From: Eubacterium sp.
GTDB lineage: Bacteria; Bacillota; Clostridia; Lachnospirales; Lachnospiraceae
Assembly: GCA_024698585.1 (NCBI GenBank)
Contig: JAILRB010000040.1
Coordinates: 13,396-45,395, forward strand
DNA length: 32,000 nt
Direction of reading: 5' to 3'
Within the stretch, counting starts at the first letter, position 1; every line of letters begins with the position of its first letter. The translations under genes were made by a program, and so were the position numbers. Positions 1 to 8,056 of the stretch are shown here, one piece after another. The notes under the pieces are model-generated. The model worked only from the letters and a program-made list of their open reading frames with translations. It was not told the DNA's origin and did no database searches.

Positions 1-1235
1 CTTGCAGTCCAATATGTGGCAAAGGCATAAGCAATGTCTCGTTTCTGTTTCTCTGCATCACTCCATTCCTTATTGTTATCATCGGATGCATAATTATGAA
101 TGCAGATTGGATCCATGACAATTCGAATGGTATTTTCACAATAATCTGTAGCCGGATATGGATAAATATCCCAATCCGATGCATTCAGATACGTATCTGA
201 TTTTGAAGCGGATTCATCTGCTGCAGCTGTAATGTACCAAGGGTCTTCGGACTCGGTTAAGGTTCTGTTCTTGGTAAAGAAGAACCATGCGTAGTCTGAG
301 CACTCCTTCATGATTTCCATGGAAACATTCCCTGCACCATTATCAGTATCCACCGTGGACTGTGACCATTCGTTCATATAAGAAAGAAGACTCTTTACTT
401 CATCATTATTAACATCCACTGTGTTTGTTTCATTTAACTGCTTGTTTATTGAGTTTACTCCGATATCCACAATTCCTGAAGCAGTTCCTTTACTTCCCCA
501 ATAACTGGAATGGTCCGTATTGGATACAAATTCCGTATAATCATCAATATCCCAGTCCGGTTCCGGAATGGCAATATTCTTGCTGGACGCCAACGATTTG
601 TTTACCCAGATTCCTGCCGGAATCGTATAGGATGGCAGTCCTGCCTGAAAGCCATAATAATTCAGATTTGACATTAGCTTTGCATTGTACGCCTTGTAAG
701 TTTCGTCATTGGCATAACAGGACAAGTCCGCAACTAATCCCTTTTTGATATCTCCCGGAACATCTGTAGCTCCCCAGATATCCGGATACTTTCCATAGGT
801 TGCCTTAAAGTTTTCCATCTCCTGTTCCCACTTTGGTGTTCCAGGCTGGTCCGGATCTCCCTGCTTTGACCAAAGATTGATTTTTACATTCGGATAAGTT
901 TCATTAAACTTGTGAGCCACTGCATAGACCTGCGCCACGTTAGCAGCCGTTATATCTTCCGGTTTTAGTTCCTGATGGCCCATATCCTCATAATATTTTC
1001 CATCACCGGCCCAAATCATTAAAGACAATTCTCCTTTAACTTTTTTATCCTTAAGATTCGTTGCCCCTAATGCCGTTTTTGTCTGTCCCAACTTGTCGCT
1101 ATTTTTATCGCCCTCTGGCCCTCCTTCATTTCCACCGGTGCATCCGCTCATTATTATGGCTGTAGCCAATGCGGTTGCCATCACTTTTGTTCGAATGCCG
1201 TATCGCTTTCCTCTCATTCTTTTCTGTTTCATCAT
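1..1235 (-). CDS. ABC-transporter extracellular solute-binding lipoprotein (carbohydrate-type SBP); C-terminal end runs off the window
   Basis: This gene is absent from the ORF track because it has no stop codon inside the window. Hand translation of the minus strand from the ATG at 1233-1235 (AGGAGGAG RBS at 1243-1250) gives MMKQKRMRGKRYGIRTKVMATALATAIIMSGCTGGNEGG. That is a signal peptide plus lipobox (MSG|C). The frame then stays open to position 1 (..LSLMIWAGDGKYYEDMG..NVKINLWSKQGDPDQPGTPKWEQEMENFKATYGKYPDIW..), as in large Firmicute sugar-binding lipoproteins. Confidence 0.6.
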   Translation of the reverse strand, partial: MMKQKRMRGKRYGIRTKVMATALATAIIMSGCTGGNEGGPEGDKNSDKLGQTKTALGATNLKDKKVKGELSLMIWAGDGKYYEDMGHQELKPEDITAANVAQVYAVAHKFNETYPNVKINLWSKQGDPDQPGTPKWEQEMENFKATYGKYPDIWGATDVPGDIKKGLVADLSCYANDETYKAYNAKLMSNLNYYGFQAGLPSYTIPAGIWVNKSLASSKNIAIPEPDWDIDDYTEFVSNTDHSSYWGSKGTASGIVDIGVNSINKQLNETNTVDVNNDEVKSLLSYMNEWSQSTVDTDNGAGNVSMEIMKECSDYAWFFFTKNRTLTESEDPWYITAAADESASKSDTYLNASDWDIYPYPATDYCENTIRIVMDPICIHNYASDDNNKEWSDAEKQKRDIAYAFATYWTA

Positions 1236-1282
1236 GCTCTTTCTCCTCCTTTATTTTTTTAACATCTCTTTCGTATATCCAC

Positions 1283-1319
1283 ATAATAAAAGGCAGATGC
1301 ATCAAAAATGCATCTGCCT
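1283..1319 (-). terminator. Rho-independent terminator after the 237-aa ORF
   Basis: A perfect 12-bp stem (aggcagatgcat 1291-1302 / atgcatctgcct 1308-1319) with a 5-nt loop. On the minus strand it is followed by TTTTATTAT (1283-1290). Confidence 0.75.
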
Positions 1320-1326
1320 AAATCTT

Positions 1327-2040
1327 TTAATATAAAACTTTAAAATAATAACGAACCCCTTCTTTTTCCGGAGTCACCATCAACATAAGATGTGCACTTT
1401 CCGAAGACATCACCCACTCAATGGTTTTCTCTTTTCCGTCTCGAATGGCAATGTACTCATTATAAAGCATTTCCTGATCTTCCTGAATATCATAGTACTC
1501 ATAACTTCCATCAATCAGAATCTTAAAATGCCAATCATCAATGACATCCATATTTAAATACTTTAAATACTCTTCCATCCGTTCCCTGGCCACCTTTTCC
1601 CCGTTTGACCAAAGCATCTGTTTTTCGTACTCCTTTTTCGAATAATTAAGCGGTTTCTGTAACACTTCCACTGCCTTCATCAATTCCTTGTCATAAGTCA
1701 TGACCAGTTCATCCTCATCTCTTTTTTTGATAACCTGCTCAATTTTATCCTCATCCGGATTTTTCTCTGCGGTTCCGTTTTCTCCTTTGGCAAGCGTTCC
1801 TTCTTCTTCCACAGCCACCTGATAAGGACTTTTTAACAACTGGTGAATTTCTCGCACCGCAACAATATTTCTGATATCGGTACTCAGCCCATAAGTAATC
1901 GGTTCCATATAGGTTCGTCTAATATATTTTTTCTCATCATCTTTTTTATAATAAGTGTAAGGAATATACATAATTCCCAAAACCAATAGAATTCCGAGGA
2001 GGAAAAAGAGTACATTCCATAACTGTTGTTTTAATTTCAT
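1327..2040 (-). CDS. Hypothetical membrane-anchored protein, third gene of the two-component operon
   Basis: A 237-aa ORF whose ATG (2038-2040) overlaps the kinase stop codon (ATGA). It has one N-terminal TM helix (LWNVLFFLLGILLVLGIMYI) followed by a charged soluble domain. I recognise no family. Confidence 0.6.
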   Translation of the reverse strand: MKLKQQLWNVLFFLLGILLVLGIMYIPYTYYKKDDEKKYIRRTYMEPITYGLSTDIRNIVAVREIHQLLKSPYQVAVEEEGTLAKGENGTAEKNPDEDKIEQVIKKRDEDELVMTYDKELMKAVEVLQKPLNYSKKEYEKQMLWSNGEKVARERMEEYLKYLNMDVIDDWHFKILIDGSYEYYDIQEDQEMLYNEYIAIRDGKEKTIEWVMSSESAHLMLMVTPEKEGVRYYFKVLY

Positions 2041-3491
2041 ACTTCTTCATCCTTTCCCGAATGGTCCTCCACCCATTCGTTCAGTAATAAACAAACTCTG
2101 GTCCCTTCTCCCGGAGTACTTTCAATACTCATGGTAATATTCAGCACCTGACAGATGTTTTTACAGATGGACAAACCGATTCCGCTTCGTCCCTGACGGT
2201 TCGTCCTAGACTTATCAATCCGGTAAAACGGCTGGAATATTTTTTCAATTTCATCCGGTTCCATGCCACAACCACTGTCAATTACATCAATCTGATATCC
2301 ATCCGCAGTATCAGTTCCAAGAACCTGAACCATATCCTTCTCTTTGCTCTCGCAGGAACCATCACTGTTATGAATCAGGTTCTTAAGTAACGTAATCAGT
2401 AACTCCACATCTGTTTTCAGCGAAGCATCTTCAAATTCCACCTGCAACCGCGCCCGTTCCATTTCATTGGTGCAAATTTCCTCAATCTGTTCTGCAATCC
2501 AAACTGTCTGCACTTCACGAATTTCCAGATGTTCTTCCAGAATTCCCAGCATCTTTAATAGTTCATTGGAAAGCTTTTGTAATCGCTTACACTCCTTATA
2601 AATATAACCCAAGGCCTTCTGCTGCTGTTCCTTCTTCAGGTTATCCCCTAAAAGCATCTGAGAGTATCCCATTACCGAAGTCAATGGAGTTTTTAACTCA
2701 TGAGAGAAATCAGTCACAAACTGTTCTCTGGCCTCTACTTCTTTCTTTAACTGCAGAATCTGATGTTCAATGGCATCCGCCATCAAATCAAAGTTTCTAC
2801 TTAACTCACCGATTTCATCCTGCTTTTTCACATTGGTTCTTAAACCATATTCGCCCTTTGCAATCTGCTTTGTGGTACGACTCAACCTGCCGATTCGATT
2901 GGTAATCAGGTGGGCAAGTCCGAATAAAAGCACAAAAGAAACCAGCATTCCAATGGTTACCATTTTTAGAAACTCATTCATCTGCCGATTTCTTTCCCGA
3001 AACGTCTCGCTGACATCATAGCGATTCAATACTTTTATTTGAGGATGTTCGGGATAGAAATTTATTAAGGAAGCAATCACCAGATAATATTTACCATCTT
3101 TCTCATAAACCTCATATCGTACTACACCACTGGTATCAATGAAGTTTTGTAACTGCTCATCGATTTCATCAAAGTTTTTATAAAATACTTTGTTTTCTGC
3201 CCGCTCCACAATTTCAGCCAGCAGAACTCCCGTATCCTTTTGTCCATATTCTTCAATTTTCTTTTCACACTTTTCCACCAGCTTTGCAGAATAGTTTTCC
3301 TCCTTTTCTGCGCTGCTGCGGACATTGGATTCCAGGGCATAACGATTTGCGACATGTTGCATTTTTCTGGTTTCCACCATATTTTGATAGGATACATCAA
3401 AATTTTTTCGAATGATGTATGTTCCCCCAATAGAAAAACACAATGCCATGATAATCCATGCACCTAAAATAATTTTCGTTGCTATTTTCAT
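2037..3491 (-). CDS. Sensor histidine kinase (2 TM helices, extracytoplasmic loop, HAMP, HisKA, HATPase_c)
   Basis: H-box FSHELKTPLTSVMGYSQML. HAMP-like segment ITNRIGRLSRTTKQIAKGEY..EIGELSRNFDLMADAI. G1 box DSGCGMEPDEIEKIFQPFYRID and G2 box GIGLSICKNI. The start codon overlaps the response-regulator stop codon (ATGA at 3488-3491). Confidence 0.9.
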   Translation of the reverse strand: MKIATKIILGAWIIMALCFSIGGTYIIRKNFDVSYQNMVETRKMQHVANRYALESNVRSSAEKEENYSAKLVEKCEKKIEEYGQKDTGVLLAEIVERAENKVFYKNFDEIDEQLQNFIDTSGVVRYEVYEKDGKYYLVIASLINFYPEHPQIKVLNRYDVSETFRERNRQMNEFLKMVTIGMLVSFVLLFGLAHLITNRIGRLSRTTKQIAKGEYGLRTNVKKQDEIGELSRNFDLMADAIEHQILQLKKEVEAREQFVTDFSHELKTPLTSVMGYSQMLLGDNLKKEQQQKALGYIYKECKRLQKLSNELLKMLGILEEHLEIREVQTVWIAEQIEEICTNEMERARLQVEFEDASLKTDVELLITLLKNLIHNSDGSCESKEKDMVQVLGTDTADGYQIDVIDSGCGMEPDEIEKIFQPFYRIDKSRTNRQGRSGIGLSICKNICQVLNITMSIESTPGEGTRVCLLLNEWVEDHSGKDEEV

Positions 3492-4153
3492 ACTTGTGAC
3501 TCTCCGCTTAAAACGAACCCGATTTTTGGCAAGGTCTTAATTTCCTCTTTCAGCCCTGTTTTGTTTCGGATTCTTTGAATATGTAATTCTACCGTCCTGC
3601 TATTTCCCGTGTACTCTGTTTCCCAGACTTTTTCATATAAATCTTCTTTTTGAATCACGGTATTTTTATTCTGAACCAATACCACCAGAAGTTGAAACTC
3701 CTTCGGCGTCAGATTAATCTCTTCTCCCTTTCGCGTCACCCGATGCTTTCCCAGGTCAATCTGTAAATCCTGAAACTGTAGGATGTTTTTTCCTTTTCCA
3801 AAACGTCGCAGTACCATCTCTACCCTGGCAAGCAGTTCCCCTAAATCGAAAGGCTTGGCAATATAGTCATCGGCTCCCATTCGGATACCCTTGATTTTAT
3901 CCTTTACCGTATCTTTTGCCGTCAGGAAAATCACCGGGGTATTCAAGGGTTCCAAATAAGCCATTAATTCATATCCATCTACTTTTGGCAGCATAATGTC
4001 AAGCAGAACCAAATCAAAGGAGTTCTGCTCAATCAGATTCGCTGCTATTTCACCATCCGATGCACAAACGCAGTCATATCCCGCACCGGTAAGGTACATA
4101 TCAATCATATCTGCAATTGCTATTTCATCTTCCACGATTAAAATTTTATACAT
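3488..4153 (-). CDS. OmpR/PhoB-family response regulator
   Basis: Receiver domain MYKILIVEDE..DLVLLDIMLPKVDG..LTAK, followed by a winged-helix output domain (LTPKEFQLLVVLVQN..RTVELHIQRIRNK). Confidence 0.9.
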   Translation of the reverse strand: MYKILIVEDEIAIADMIDMYLTGAGYDCVCASDGEIAANLIEQNSFDLVLLDIMLPKVDGYELMAYLEPLNTPVIFLTAKDTVKDKIKGIRMGADDYIAKPFDLGELLARVEMVLRRFGKGKNILQFQDLQIDLGKHRVTRKGEEINLTPKEFQLLVVLVQNKNTVIQKEDLYEKVWETEYTGNSRTVELHIQRIRNKTGLKEEIKTLPKIGFVLSGESQV

Positions 4154-4179
4154 CGGCTTCCCCTATTGTTTTTCGTTCT

Positions 4180-5367
4180 TTATAAATAACTCTTTAATAC
4201 ATCCACTTTATCAGTAGCTTCCCATGGAAGAGAAATATCATTTCTTCCAAAATGTCCATAAGCAGCAGTCTGCTTGTAAATCGGTCTTCTCAGGTCAAGC
4301 ATCTTAATGATTCCTGCCGGACGAAGATCAAAGTTTTCACGAATGATTTCTACCAATCTTTCATTGGAAAGGACACCGGTTCCAAAAGTATCCACCATAA
4401 CAGAGGTTGGCTGTGCCACACCGATTGCGTAAGAAAGCTGGATTTCACATTTCTTTGCCAATCCTGCGGCTACAATGTTCTTTGCCACATATCTTGCTGC
4501 ATATGCTGCGGAACGGTCTACCTTCGTACAATCCTTTCCTGAGAAAGCTCCACCACCGTGTCTTGCATATCCACCGTATGTATCTACAATGATTTTACGT
4601 CCTGTAAGTCCCGAGTCACCCTGTGGACCACCAATAACAAATCGACCGGTCGGATTAATGAAGTACTTTGTATGTTCATCAACCATTTCCTGTGGAATCA
4701 CCGCATCAATGACATATTTTCTAATGTCTGCATGAATCTGTTCCTGTGTCACTTCCGGATTATGCTGTGTGGAAATAACAACTGCGTCCACTCTTGCCGG
4801 CTTTCCGTCTTCATCATATTCCACAGTTACCTGACTCTTTCCGTCCGGACGTAAGTAATCTAATGTTCCGTTCTTACGAACTTCTGTTAATTTTCTTGTT
4901 AACTTATGAGCCAATGAAATCGGATATGGCATGAATTCTTCTGTTTCATCGGTTGCATAACCAAACATCATTCCCTGATCTCCGGCACCGATTGCTTCGA
5001 TTTCATCCTCGCTCATGGTGTGTTCCTTTGCTTCTAATGCTTTATCAACACCCATGGCAATATCTGCAGACTGTTCATCTAATGCAGTGATAACACCACA
5101 AGTGTCACAGTCAAAACCATACTTTGCTCTATCATAACCAATTTCTCTGATGGTATCTCTTACCACTTTCTGAATATCCACATATCCTTTCGTAGTAACT
5201 TCACCCATGACTAAAACAAGTCCTGTGGTAATTGCAGTTTCACAAGCAACACGGCTGTTTGGGTCCTGTCTCATTAATTCATCTAAAATGGCATCGGAAA
5301 TCTGATCACAGATTTTATCCGGATGTCCTTCTGTTACTGATTCTGAAGTAAATAATCTCTTTTCCAT
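4180..5367 (-). CDS. metK: S-adenosylmethionine synthetase
   Basis: [29 protein letters not shown].., [12 protein letters not shown] and GGGAFSGKD are MetK hallmarks. The start is set at the ATG at 5365-5367, which has an AAAGGAGAAAA RBS. The 70 upstream codons in the ORF-track entry are riboswitch RNA, not coding sequence. Confidence 0.95.
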   Translation of the reverse strand: MEKRLFTSESVTEGHPDKICDQISDAILDELMRQDPNSRVACETAITTGLVLVMGEVTTKGYVDIQKVVRDTIREIGYDRAKYGFDCDTCGVITALDEQSADIAMGVDKALEAKEHTMSEDEIEAIGAGDQGMMFGYATDETEEFMPYPISLAHKLTRKLTEVRKNGTLDYLRPDGKSQVTVEYDEDGKPARVDAVVISTQHNPEVTQEQIHADIRKYVIDAVIPQEMVDEHTKYFINPTGRFVIGGPQGDSGLTGRKIIVDTYGGYARHGGGAFSGKDCTKVDRSAAYAARYVAKNIVAAGLAKKCEIQLSYAIGVAQPTSVMVDTFGTGVLSNERLVEIIRENFDLRPAGIIKMLDLRRPIYKQTAAYGHFGRNDISLPWEATDKVDVLKSYL

Positions 5368-5384
5368 CGTTTTCTCCTTTATAT

Positions 5385-5540
5385 TTAAAATAGAAAAGTC
5401 CGCAATCTCTTGCGGACTTAGTTTCAAGGTATTAAGCCCTCTTATTGATCGATTTCTCGCTCCGGTTGGCACCTTCCTAACGACTGTCGGGGTTGCCGTG
5501 GTTTCACAGGTCCTTGTACCTCCACCACTCTGAATAAGAG
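5385..5540 (-). promoter_or_regulatory. SAM-I (S-box) riboswitch with terminator expression platform, upstream of metK
   Basis: The minus strand reads CTCTTATTCAGAGTGGTGGAGGTACAAGGACCTGTGAAACCACGGCAACC..GGAAGGTGCCAACCGGAGCGAGAAATCGATCAATAAGAG. This matches the S-box core, with P1 formed by CTCTTATT / AATAAGAG and the GGTGGAGG, TGAAACC, GCAACC and AAGGTGCCAA elements present. It is followed by the terminator AAGTCCGCA-AGAGAT-TGCGGACTT + TTTCTATTTT (5385-5419). Confidence 0.88.
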
Positions 5541-5548
5541 TTATAAAT

Positions 5549-5577
5549 AACTTACTATTGATTATGGGAATTGTCAA
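5549..5577 (-). promoter_or_regulatory. Putative sigma-A promoter for the riboswitch-metK transcript
   Basis: The minus strand has TTGACA (5572-5577), a 17-nt spacer and TAAGTT (5549-5554). The predicted start falls just upstream of riboswitch P1. Confidence 0.45.
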
Positions 5578-5598
5578 TAAGCAATTCCGGAATCTTTT

Positions 5599-7587
5599 TT
5601 ATCTTTGATTTCTAAACTGCACCGGTGTCATTCCGTATTTCTTCTTGAATAACCGGATAAAATGTTCCACATCCTGATACCCTACCGCATCAGAAATAGC
5701 CTCCACCGTCATACTGCTTCCTTTCAGCAGTGTTCTGGCTTTCTTCATTCTCACATTTTTCACCAACTCACCAAAGGTTTTTCCTGACTTCGCCTTAATA
5801 TACTTTGACAGATACGGCTTAGATAAGTGGAATTCCTCTGAAAGTTCGTCTAAAGTCACCGTAAGGTAGTTGGTGTTAATAAAATTTTTGATTTCCGTTA
5901 ACCTTTCATCCTGTTCTCCATTTTTTCCAATGGATGTAAGATACTGGTTTACAGCAACAGTAAGCGCCTGGATGGATGCCTTAATAATGTCCGCATCAAT
6001 TCCAACACCCCAGAACATAGTTCCATTGCAGCTGATTCCCACATAGGCAACTGCCTTGGATGAAGAACCTCTGGAAAGTGAATGTTCTTCATAAACGGAT
6101 AATTCATAACTGATATCAAAGAACTGCTTAAATGCATTGCTGACCGCATCTAAACGTCCGTTACCTGTACTCTTAACGACTCTTGCTTCGTCCTTGCGGG
6201 CAATTGTCACTTCCGCAACAATACCGTCCTTCTGTTCAAAGTGCGCTTCCGGCACGCTGAATACAGAGTTGTCATTGACATACTTATCCTCGAAAATCTG
6301 GTGTACCCATTCCGGAGATAATTCCTTATGTTCTTTATCAGATACATCCTTAACAGTATATCCAACATTTTCTCTCATCTTTTCCGGTAATGATAAACCG
6401 AAGTTCTGCTTTAAGATATAGCTTACGCCACCCTTACCGGACTGGCTATTAATTCTGATAACATCAGAATCGTAAGTTCTTCCAACATCCACCGGATCAA
6501 TCGGAAGATATGGAACAGTCCAATGTCCATCCGGATTCTTTTCTCTGCATGCCATCCCCTTTGCAATGGCGTCCTGATGAGAACCGGAGAAGGCAGTAAA
6601 CACTAAGTCTCCTGCGTATGGCTGACGTGGACTTACCTGCATTCTTGTCACACGTTCATATAATTCACAAATCTGAGGCATGTTACTGAAGTCAAGTTTC
6701 GGATCAACACCGTGAGAGAACATGTTCATTGCTAATGTAATAATATCTACATTTCCTGTACGTTCTCCATTACCAAATAATGTTCCTTCAATTCTGTCAG
6801 CTCCTGCAAGAACACTTAATTCCGCTGTTGCAACACCACAACCTCTGTCGTTATGTGGATGAACAGAAATCGTTACCGCATCACGATATTTTAAATTCTT
6901 ATGCATATATTCCACCTGTGTTGCAAATACATGTGGCATTGCATTTTCCACAGTTGCAGGAATGTTAATGATTACCTTATTTTCTTTTTTTGGCTGCCAT
7001 ACATCCAATACTGCGTTACAAACATCTAATGCGTAATCAACTTCTGTTCCCGGGAAACTTTCCGGACTATATTCAAAAGAGAAGTTTCCTTCTACTTCTG
7101 CTGCAAGCTTCTTTAATAATTCTGCACCATCCACAGCAATCTTCATAACTTCTTCTTTACTCTTCTTAAATACCTGTTCACGCTGTGCCACAGATGTGGA
7201 ATTGTAAAGATGGATTACTGCATGCTTTGCACCCTTCACTGCTTCGAATGTTTTCTTGATGATATGTTCTCTGGCCTGAGTTAATACCTGAACCGTCACA
7301 TCATCCGGAATCATGTCTCTTTCAATTAAGGCTCTCATAAATTTATATTCTGTTTCTGATGCAGCAGGGAATCCTACTTCAATTTCCTTGAAGCCAATAT
7401 CTACTAACATCTGGAAAAACTCTAATTTTTCTTCTAAGCTCATCGGCTCAATTAATGCCTGATTTCCGTCACGGAGATCGACACTACACCAAATCGGTGC
7501 TTTTGTAATATATTCCTTCTTCACCCAGTCATAAGTAGGTGTTGGTGGCATAAAATACTGTCTTTGATATTTCTTATAATTCATCAT
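5599..7587 (-). CDS. leuA: 2-isopropylmalate synthase (long, LeuA type 2) fused to a C-terminal AraC/XylS-type HTH domain
   Basis: [60 protein letters not shown] and the C-terminal regulatory domain (..[38 protein letters not shown]) are collinear with actinobacterial/yeast-type LeuA. The last ~100 aa (..[78 protein letters not shown]) form a bipartite AraC HTH. The start is set at the ATG at 7585-7587, 7 nt after GGAGAG. The ORF track begins at a TTG two codons upstream. Confidence 0.85.
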   Translation of the reverse strand: MMNYKKYQRQYFMPPTPTYDWVKKEYITKAPIWCSVDLRDGNQALIEPMSLEEKLEFFQMLVDIGFKEIEVGFPAASETEYKFMRALIERDMIPDDVTVQVLTQAREHIIKKTFEAVKGAKHAVIHLYNSTSVAQREQVFKKSKEEVMKIAVDGAELLKKLAAEVEGNFSFEYSPESFPGTEVDYALDVCNAVLDVWQPKKENKVIINIPATVENAMPHVFATQVEYMHKNLKYRDAVTISVHPHNDRGCGVATAELSVLAGADRIEGTLFGNGERTGNVDIITLAMNMFSHGVDPKLDFSNMPQICELYERVTRMQVSPRQPYAGDLVFTAFSGSHQDAIAKGMACREKNPDGHWTVPYLPIDPVDVGRTYDSDVIRINSQSGKGGVSYILKQNFGLSLPEKMRENVGYTVKDVSDKEHKELSPEWVHQIFEDKYVNDNSVFSVPEAHFEQKDGIVAEVTIARKDEARVVKSTGNGRLDAVSNAFKQFFDISYELSVYEEHSLSRGSSSKAVAYVGISCNGTMFWGVGIDADIIKASIQALTVAVNQYLTSIGKNGEQDERLTEIKNFINTNYLTVTLDELSEEFHLSKPYLSKYIKAKSGKTFGELVKNVRMKKARTLLKGSSMTVEAISDAVGYQDVEHFIRLFKKKYGMTPVQFRNQR

Positions 7588-7640
7588 AATCAAACTCTCC
7601 TTTACAACCCATACATTCTAACTCTATTTTCTGACTTTGT

Positions 7641-7965
7641 AAACGAAAAACGCCTCTGCGTTTTCATACAAAAACACAGAGACGTAAGCTTTACTACGCG
7701 GTACCACTCTGATTCAAACCATAATCTCATAAGAATTACGCACACCTTAGTGATCTTCTTATTTATGGTAAGCACTCATGGATGTTTAACCATCACTTCA
7801 TATAACGGTGAAAACCGTCCAAACCTACACGCCGTTTGCTTTCGCAATCAGTTTCAGTCGGAAGCTCCGAGACGAGTTCATTACTTCATGCTTATTGTCT
7901 CGCACCAACCGACAACTCTCTGAAAGCCATTCCATAACTACTACTTCTCATCAAAGCCTTTTCTT
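7641..7965 (-). promoter_or_regulatory. T-box leader (tRNA-sensing riboswitch) upstream of leuA, probably Leu-specific
   Basis: Minus-strand elements: a GA/K-turn motif TTTGATGAGAAG at the 5' end, the AG bulge CAGAGAG, the distal-loop GGTTGGTGCGAGAC, and the T-box sequence AATCAGAGTGGTACCGCGTAG (7694-7714). A terminator follows: CGTCTCTGTGTTTT / AAAACGCAGAGGCG + TTTTTCGTTT (7641-7684). The candidate specifier is GAA-CUC-G (CUC at 7874-7876). Confidence 0.85.
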
Positions 7966-8056
7966 TTTTAGGATAACAGTACTATAACACATGCGTTCCA
8001 AGAATCATAGTGACAAATTTAATCAGTTTTATTGATGATTCTTATCCTGTCTCATG

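Noticed and set aside
5368-5577. A 70-codon N-terminal extension of metK in the ORF track (ORF 4180..5577).
   Set aside because: The extension covers the SAM-I riboswitch and its terminator. The conserved MetK N-terminus ([18 protein letters not shown]) starts at the ATG at 5367, which has a good RBS.
5578-5598. The hairpin GGAATTG..CAATTCC between the leuA stop codon and the metK promoter, considered as a leuA terminator.
   Set aside because: On the minus strand it has a 7-bp stem without a following U-tract. The T-run is on the plus-strand side, where there is no upstream gene. It also overlaps the putative -35 of the metK promoter. The evidence is insufficient to call it.
7564-7923. A 119-aa plus-strand ORF in the leuA upstream region.
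   Set aside because: It overlaps the T-box leader on the opposite strand, and it has no RBS and no recognisable protein features.
8000-8043. An inverted repeat AAGAATCAT / ATGATTCTT just downstream of the beta-glucuronidase stop codon, considered as a possible terminator.
   Set aside because: It has a 26-nt loop and no U-tract on the minus strand, so it does not fit a canonical intrinsic terminator. It may still have some role, since it overlaps the expected T-box promoter region.
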